Shown here piece by piece: positions 58,491 to 64,000 of a stretch of 64,000 nucleotides of DNA. Position numbers and translations under genes: made by a program. Source of the stretch: Nitrospiraceae bacterium. Its GTDB lineage: Bacteria > Nitrospirota > Nitrospiria > Nitrospirales > Nitrospiraceae. The stretch covers positions 32,001 to 96,000 of the forward strand of contig JBFWWG010000003.1 of NCBI GenBank assembly GCA_050246315.1, in the 5' to 3' direction. The stretch's first letter is position 1; each line of letters starts with the position of its first letter. The notes under the pieces were generated by a model, which was not told the origin of the DNA, ran no database searches, and saw only the letters and a program-made list of their open reading frames with translations.

Positions 58491-60386
58491 TTACCGCCCA
58501 AACAGATCCTTGAGCAGCTCCTTGCCCTGTTTCTTCAGATCCTCCGGCTTGGTCGTGCCCTGCATCAATCCTTCGACCGCCTCCTCAACCTTCTTCTCGA
58601 CCTTCTGCTTCACCTGTTCTTGCACTTTGCCGCCCAGCGCCTTCGCATCCAATTGATAGCTCGGGGCCTGGACGGTGCCGGTGATCTTCAGCGGCAGCGC
58701 GAGGCGTCCGTCCTTCAGGGCCAGCTTGACGACCGGGGTGGAGCGGGCAATCTTCTGACTGACCGCCTCCGACAGGTTGAGGTTCAGCGTCAGATTCAGC
58801 GACTGGTCGAAGCCGACCGTGCCTGCGCCGGTCGCCCGAAACTCATGACTGTCCATGAGCATCCGTTGGACGGTGATGAGGCCGCTCTTGACCGCCAGGT
58901 CCGTCTCAATGGTCGAAAACAGGGTCGCGTTGAGGTTCTCCGGCGAAATCCCGGCAACCTTCAGCAGCGTGGACACCTCCTGCATCAGATTGATCCCTTC
59001 GATCCTGCCGTCTCGCAGCGCCACACGAGCGGTACCGGCCAGCGCAGAGGCCAGGTCGGGCGCAGTGAAGCCTTGGCCTCGCAGATCGAGCGCGGCGCCC
59101 GCAGTCCCGCTCACGGTCACCCTATCGTTCCCCAGCGCTTCGAGCGCGGGTCCGAGTTGCAGTCCCTGCACCGTCGCCTTACCCGTGAACGGCGGAGCCG
59201 GAGATTCGATCGTCAAACCGGCCTGGGTCTTGACCTGACCGTTGAACAACTGAAACGAAAGATTGGACAGCCGCGCGTCCTGCCCCTTCATCTCGGCCGA
59301 GATGACCAAGTCTTTGATCTCAACCGGTTTCTTGAGCGGAAGGGCAATCGGTACATCGGCCGTGCTGATTCTGGCCGAGGTGCCGGTCACCGAGGCGCGG
59401 CCTCCCAGGATCGAGCCTCGTACATCGACCACCGACTCTCCCATCACCACAGCCAGGCTCAGGTTCGAGACTTCCGCCAACTCAAGCGGAGGCGAACCTT
59501 CCTTCGGCGGATAGGCGGCCTTCACCGAAGCCTTGAGGTCCTTCACCTGCACCGGCTTGGTCAAGGGTAAGGCCACCGGCAGGTCCGAGGACGAAATCAA
59601 GGGCGAAGCCAACCGAGCCTCGAGCAGCCCGCCGACCGCCCGGCCTTCGATGTTCAACACCACCTTGCCCACCCCCAGGTCGAAGCGGAACTGTTGCAGA
59701 TCCATTGTCTCCACGAGGGGACCGAAGGACCCGTCAAGCGTCACCGGCAACTTGAATGGTTGCAGAGTCGCAGCAAGATGAAGGGAAGGGGACTCGCCGA
59801 GATGGACGGATTCCAACAGGAATTCCAAACGGTCGATCACATATTCCGTCGGCTTGGGCGTGGATTGGTCATGATAGGTCAGCTTGCCATCGACAATCGT
59901 CACGCGGTCCACGGACAGCAAGGCCAACGCCTGCAGCGGCCCGCCGGATGGGGCGGCAGGGACTTCAGGCTTCGGCGCTTCCGGCTTGGCCGGCCCCTTC
60001 GGTCCAATGGTCGACACGTTCAGGAGCCCCTGCTTGTTCTTGAGGATCGTGATCACCGGATCACGCAGCGTGATCTCCTCCACGACGACCTTGCCGGAAA
60101 ACAGGGGCATCAGCTTGATCCCCACTTCCAACGCGGTCAGTGAGGCGAAGGGATCGGAGGAGAAGGCAGGATCGTCCATCACCATGAAGCCGGCCACACG
60201 GGCGCCGAGGCGAGGCCAGATGGTCAGACGGATATCCTTGAGCGAGATTTTGCGTCCGAGCGCCTCTTCGATCAGCGGCCGATACTGGTCCTGGTACTTG
60301 TTGAGATCGATCAGAAACGGCAGGGCGAGCACCAGCACAATCAACAGGACCAGGCCCAGCACGACTCCCAGGAAGAGTTTCATCAT
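58491..60386 (-). CDS. AsmA-family protein
   Basis: N-terminal TM, DLNKY..IE.ALGR, LMPLFSGKV, beta-rich body, C-terminal LPLKITGTVQAP. Confidence 0.85.
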   Translation of the reverse strand: MMKLFLGVVLGLVLLIVLVLALPFLIDLNKYQDQYRPLIEEALGRKISLKDIRLTIWPRLGARVAGFMVMDDPAFSSDPFASLTALEVGIKLMPLFSGKVVVEEITLRDPVITILKNKQGLLNVSTIGPKGPAKPEAPKPEVPAAPSGGPLQALALLSVDRVTIVDGKLTYHDQSTPKPTEYVIDRLEFLLESVHLGESPSLHLAATLQPFKLPVTLDGSFGPLVETMDLQQFRFDLGVGKVVLNIEGRAVGGLLEARLASPLISSSDLPVALPLTKPVQVKDLKASVKAAYPPKEGSPPLELAEVSNLSLAVVMGESVVDVRGSILGGRASVTGTSARISTADVPIALPLKKPVEIKDLVISAEMKGQDARLSNLSFQLFNGQVKTQAGLTIESPAPPFTGKATVQGLQLGPALEALGNDRVTVSGTAGAALDLRGQGFTAPDLASALAGTARVALRDGRIEGINLMQEVSTLLKVAGISPENLNATLFSTIETDLAVKSGLITVQRMLMDSHEFRATGAGTVGFDQSLNLTLNLNLSEAVSQKIARSTPVVKLALKDGRLALPLKITGTVQAPSYQLDAKALGGKVQEQVKQKVEKKVEEAVEGLMQGTTKPEDLKKQGKELLKDLFGR

Positions 60387-60586
60387 CGTCACCTCATGTG
60401 CGGAGGAGAGTATCGAAACAGGCGGGATGGGTCAATTACGACAGGATAGATTCGGCAACAGGGTGCGAGAAACCTCCCGCACCCCGGCTGACCGGATCAA
60501 CTCGTCTTGTGCGTCCGACATGCGTAGTTTCGCCGTTCCCATTCTTCATTTCCGATGCTTCCGTTCCCAGGTATCCTCTCCAGCGA

Positions 60587-61762
60587 CTACCGGGCACTGA
60601 TGCGCAGGCCGCCCGACTGAAAATGATTCGGTAACGGCATGATGCAATTCGGGTTGAAGCCCGCGGTTTTCAACGTATCAATGCTGCCCAGGACCTTTTC
60701 ATTTTTCAAGTCGATCACCGTGATGGACCCGTCGCTCATGCCTTCCAGGTTGAGCAGGCTGTTTTGAACGAAGAGGTACCGTTCATCGGGCGACAGCACC
60801 GTGTGGTGGGCGCCTGCCGCAGCAGGGATCGCCTTGAGAAACTTCGGGTGCGTCGGGTCCGAGTTGTCATACACATTGACGAATCCCGGCTTCGCCGTCG
60901 TGACGAACAACCGGTCTCCCTTCGCGTTATACAGCATCTCCAGCGGCATCCCCTGGTCGCGCGGACCAAAGTCGTCAACCTGATGGAAGCTGAACGTCTT
61001 GGTGGTCGGGTCCCAGACACCGGCCCACAACGTCGCCTCCAGCATATTGGTAATGTGCACCACGGGCGGATCGGCATTCGGCGAGAACATGATCTCGACG
61101 GGGGCCGATTTAGCAGGGGCGGGTTTTGACCCCAGCCTGTGGGTGGACAGCACCTTGCCGCTCGCAGCCTCCAACACCGTGACCGAATCGCCTTGCTCCG
61201 ACATGTCCGGCTTGACCGTGCTCGTGATCAGCAGCCGGTCGATGCCGTTGTGGATGGCGATCCCATGCGGATAGAGGATATAGGCGTCGGCCGGCTGAGC
61301 CGCGCTGACCGTCTTGATCGGCCGATCCTTCACCGCGTCGCCCATGATCACCGCACTCGACCCCATGCAGGTGAGGTACCAGGTCCGATTATCCTCCGAC
61401 ACGACGAGATCCTCGCCGACCTTGCAGTCAGGGACGTCGATGGCGCGTAGCCTGTACGGAAACTTCGTAAGGTCCATGACGTGCAGTATGCTCTTCCCCA
61501 AGGACGTAACGTAGGCCTTGGTTTTGTCGCGATTGAAAAAGATGTGATGGGCGACGAGATCGGACGGCAGCGGGATCTCCATCAGGATTTTCCCGAAATC
61601 CGACGAATCGGGATCGATCTCCATGATGGCGATTCCCTCGCGCCTGACCGGCTGATTCGGCTTACTCTCATAGTTCAGGAGGGCCAATAGTTCGGCCCAA
61701 GCCGGAGCCGCAGACGAGAGGAGCAGCACCACGGTCAGGGTGAGGAGCCGGAGCGGAGTCAT
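60587..61762 (-). CDS. Secreted YVTN/YncE-like beta-propeller (selenium-binding-protein-like)
   Basis: AAGGAGG RBS, signal peptide ending AWA; blades AHHIFFNRD..KAYV, YPHGIA, AHHTVLSPDERYLFV, DGSITVIDL. Confidence 0.75.
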   Translation of the reverse strand: MTPLRLLTLTVVLLLSSAAPAWAELLALLNYESKPNQPVRREGIAIMEIDPDSSDFGKILMEIPLPSDLVAHHIFFNRDKTKAYVTSLGKSILHVMDLTKFPYRLRAIDVPDCKVGEDLVVSEDNRTWYLTCMGSSAVIMGDAVKDRPIKTVSAAQPADAYILYPHGIAIHNGIDRLLITSTVKPDMSEQGDSVTVLEAASGKVLSTHRLGSKPAPAKSAPVEIMFSPNADPPVVHITNMLEATLWAGVWDPTTKTFSFHQVDDFGPRDQGMPLEMLYNAKGDRLFVTTAKPGFVNVYDNSDPTHPKFLKAIPAAAGAHHTVLSPDERYLFVQNSLLNLEGMSDGSITVIDLKNEKVLGSIDTLKTAGFNPNCIMPLPNHFQSGGLRISAR

Positions 61763-61988
61763 GGGAGCCTCCTTTCGGTGGGGTCGCAGGGGTTGAACCC
61801 TACTCCTTTCCCGGTGGCGCACGCAACCGCGATTTCTCATGAGGTTGGTCGGCTCCAGGGACCGGTTCCGGTTCTCTATTCCGATCCCAATGCGGCGGTC
61901 GACAGGCAAGACTTCTCGCGTGGAGTATCTTATAATTCGCCCTCGCGTTTTCCACCGCCTCGCACTCATGAACCATCCGAGGAGCCAT

Positions 61989-62714
61989 ATGAAACCACTG
62001 CATGTCGGCTCGGTCATCACCCTGGTCCTCCTTCTGTGCGGGTGCGCGGCGACAAAACAGGCTCGCACCGTCGAAAAACTGGGTTTTCTGAAGGATCTGT
62101 ATCCGATCATGACGAAGGGCGACGAGAGTGCGGGCGAGTCGCTGTTGATCTACAAGAACCCCAAGGTAGCCCTCATTCCGGCCAACACGTATACGAAGAT
62201 CTTGCTGGATCCTGTGCTGATCTTCCGCGGTCCGGAATCGAAGATGCGCGGGATCTCCCAGGCTCAGGCGCAACTCATGGCCGATACGTTTTATGCATTG
62301 ATCTACCAGGAACTGTCCAAAGACTATGAGATGGTGGATAAGCCCGGCCCGAGCACGCTGCGGGCGCAGGTCGCGATGACCCATCTCGAAGAATCCTGGC
62401 CCATGCTGGACGTCGTGTCGGCGGTCCCTGCACCGATGAATGCCTTTGCGGCTGGATCGCTGCTCAAGACCATCGCCACAGGCAAACCCGCTTTCACCGG
62501 CGAGGCAGTGATCGAAGCCAAGATCAGCGACGCTGCAACTGGCGAAATCCTGAGGGCGGGGGTGGATCGCCGGGTAGGGAAGAAGAAGCTCGATGCGGAG
62601 TCGTTCAACTCTTGGTCCGACGTGTACGAGTCGTTACGATACTGGGCGGAAAACGGCAGATATCAAATGTGCAAGGCACGGAAACATACGGACTGTCCCA
62701 AGCCCCACGCGTAG
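61989..62714 (+). CDS. DUF3313-like lipoprotein
   Basis: GAGGAG RBS, lipobox LCGC, GFLKDL, YTKILLDPV, PGPSTLR, EAKISDAATGEIL..VDRR. Confidence 0.8.
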   Translation: MKPLHVGSVITLVLLLCGCAATKQARTVEKLGFLKDLYPIMTKGDESAGESLLIYKNPKVALIPANTYTKILLDPVLIFRGPESKMRGISQAQAQLMADTFYALIYQELSKDYEMVDKPGPSTLRAQVAMTHLEESWPMLDVVSAVPAPMNAFAAGSLLKTIATGKPAFTGEAVIEAKISDAATGEILRAGVDRRVGKKKLDAESFNSWSDVYESLRYWAENGRYQMCKARKHTDCPKPHA

Positions 62715-62818
62715 TAGTTTGAAAATCTCTTCGAGTACGCGCGACCGGAACCGGGGCGATCACGAACGATATCAGAATCGCTTGACGAATGCGGCGTGAC
62801 GCCTGCCGCTTCATCTAT

Positions 62819-62846
62819 CGGCACTCAGCTCCCAGCACTCAGCACC
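62819..62846. repeat. Heptamer tandem array (CAGCACT-type), 4 units
   Basis: CGGCACT CAGCTCC CAGCACT CAGCACC. Confidence 0.6.
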
Positions 62847-62860
62847 TCTGTGTCAGACAG

Positions 62861-62981
62861 TGTGACCCCGGATGTCCCAACGGCCCGAACAGAAGACGAG
62901 CCCACCCATCGTAAGCCACTGATAAAATAGACGATCCCAGGCTCTCACCTGGTCGCTTCGCTGTGACCTCGGATGTCACAG
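62861..62981. promoter_or_regulatory. Paired palindromic operator-like sites
   Basis: TGTGACCCCGGATGTCCCA (62861) and TGTGACCTCGGATGTCACA (62962); 17/19 identical, 101 bp apart. Confidence 0.55.
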
Positions 62982-63029
62982 GCCGGCATTACAATGAGGC
63001 TGAATGAGACAATCAGATGGGAGGATGCC

Positions 63030-63464
63030 ATGGTGTCATTCTGTCTCGCAGTCCTATTCATCCTACTCGGCTCCGCTGCGTCGCAGGCCGAGGAGCTCGG
63101 CAATCTAAGCCCAAATCCTTTCGCCTTGGACTCGACCAGCAATCCATTCGGCAAAGGCAGTCCCTTCGCCCCGAACGGTATCAACAATCCCTTCAGCCCC
63201 TACGGCAGCCCCTTCAGTAACCAATCGGCGACCAATCCCTTCGCGACCGATGCCCCGCGCTTGTACGACCAACAGGGCCACTACCGCGGCAAGCTCAGCG
63301 CCAACCCCTATGATCCCGATTCGACGAGCAATCAATGCGGTCGTTACGGTTCGGCCTTCTCGCCGGATTCCCTCAACAACCAGTTCGGCGCGGGGAGCCC
63401 ATACCGCTACGATTCACCGAACAATCCGTTCGGCACCGGTTGGCGCATCGAAACAGGACGTTAA
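63030..63464 (+). CDS. Secreted Asn/Pro/Phe/Ser/Gly-rich internal-repeat protein
   Basis: GGAGG RBS, signal peptide ending SQA; two repeats G.LS.NP(F/Y)..DSTSN..G..GS.F.P...NN.F..GSP. Confidence 0.8.
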   Translation: MVSFCLAVLFILLGSAASQAEELGNLSPNPFALDSTSNPFGKGSPFAPNGINNPFSPYGSPFSNQSATNPFATDAPRLYDQQGHYRGKLSANPYDPDSTSNQCGRYGSAFSPDSLNNQFGAGSPYRYDSPNNPFGTGWRIETGR

Positions 63465-63472
63465 CGTGAAGT

Positions 63473-63549
63473 CAGTCCTCGGCACTCAGTCCTCAGTCCT
63501 CAGTCCTCAGTCCTCAGTCCTCAGTCCACAGTCCTCAGTCCACAGAACT
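63473..63549. repeat. Heptamer tandem array (CAGTCCT), 11 units
   Basis: Counted directly; variants CGGCACT, CAGTCCA, CAGAACT. Confidence 0.95.
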
Positions 63550-63567
63550 CAGAAGGGGAGGCAGACC

Positions 63568-63777
63568 ATGAAACGCTTCATCCTGGGCTGTTTGGTCGGC
63601 GGACTCTTGATGGGAGGCATCAATTCCTTGGCGGAGACGGGCAGCGTGGGCCGTTCGCCCAAGCAACAGCAATTCGACTATTTTCGACAACGGCACCAGC
63701 AGCTCGACATCCAGCGCATGCGCCAACTCATGGACCGGCAGGCGCTGGAGCGCACCCTGTATCAGAAGCCCTGTTGA
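63568..63777 (+). CDS. 69-aa secreted micro-protein
   Basis: GGGGAGG RBS, MKR + hydrophobic core + SLA signal peptide; Gln/Arg-rich helix; ends KPC. Confidence 0.7.
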   Translation: MKRFILGCLVGGLLMGGINSLAETGSVGRSPKQQQFDYFRQRHQQLDIQRMRQLMDRQALERTLYQKPC

Positions 63778-63835
63778 GTCTTCGGCACTCTCCTGACGAC
63801 AGACAGCACATCATTAAGGAGCAGAGCCTATTCTC

Positions 63836-63884
63836 TCGTACTCAGTACTCAGTACTCAGTACTCAGCACCCAGAACTCAGCACT
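63836..63884. repeat. Heptamer tandem array (CAGTACT/CAGCACT), 7 units
   Basis: TCGTACT (CAGTACT)3 CAGCACC CAGAACT CAGCACT. Confidence 0.9.
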
Positions 63885-63927
63885 ATCCGGCACACCGTAT
63901 GACGATTGACGAAAGGCCGAGGTTGCC

Positions 63928-64000
63928 ATGAGTTGGAATGAAGAAGCCCGGATTCGATGCAGCTTTCGCTTCAAATGTCCGAAGCTCTGGGATCGCCTCC
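63928..64000 (+). CDS. Start of a Cys-containing small protein (runs off the right edge)
   Basis: GAGG RBS; MSWNEEARIRCSFRFKCPKLWDRL with a CPxxW motif. Confidence 0.5.
   Translation, partial: MSWNEEARIRCSFRFKCPKLWDRL

Noticed and set aside
63250..63567. ORF containing (SPQSSVL)n
   Set aside because: Translation of the intergenic heptamer array; the real gene starts at ATG 63568 with a strong RBS.
62819..63884. CRISPR array
   Set aside because: The repeats are contiguous 7-mers without unique spacers, and there are no cas genes in the window.

Overview
GC-rich bacterial chromosomal segment; the gene content, MITE-like repeats and post-stop heptamer repeats resemble Nitrospira-type genomes (inference, not verified by search). 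Layout: (1) 1-2.9 kb: 5' part of an MGH1/GH63-like glucosidase and a DUF2235 hydrolase. (2) 3.4-36.6 kb: a ~33 kb surface-glycan/glycolipid locus, all on + except one SGNH gene, with 2 Wzx-like flippases, 4 GT4, 6 GT2-type, 1 GT10 and 1 GT-C, a B12-radical SAM enzyme, 3 Gfo/Idh/MocA enzymes, 2 methyltransferases, an MsrQ-like protein, a deacetylase and an Asp-box lipoprotein, but no recognisable Wzy/Wzz/ABC exporter or initiating phosphoglycosyl transferase. (3) 36.8-42 kb: a pile-up of MITEs at the 3' end of tRNA-Phe, and tRNA-Ser(GCT) and tRNA-Ser(TGA) bracketing a small islet. (4) 42-64 kb: mostly core genes (serS, radical SAM, rhodanese, DUF362, skp, HEAT + HD-GYP, trx, zwf, gnd, nucleotidyltransferase, ltaE, mscS, AsmA), then small secreted-protein genes separated by heptamer arrays. 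Best candidates for undescribed biology: four tandem GT2-like paralogs with non-canonical active-site motifs; a small membrane domain present both fused to a flavoenzyme and as the next free gene; a GT2/micro-protein/GT-C module; a HEAT protein and an HD-GYP protein sharing an N-terminal domain; and a multi-stem structured leader upstream of an outer-membrane barrel gene. All family calls come from motif recognition by eye; no database searches were run.
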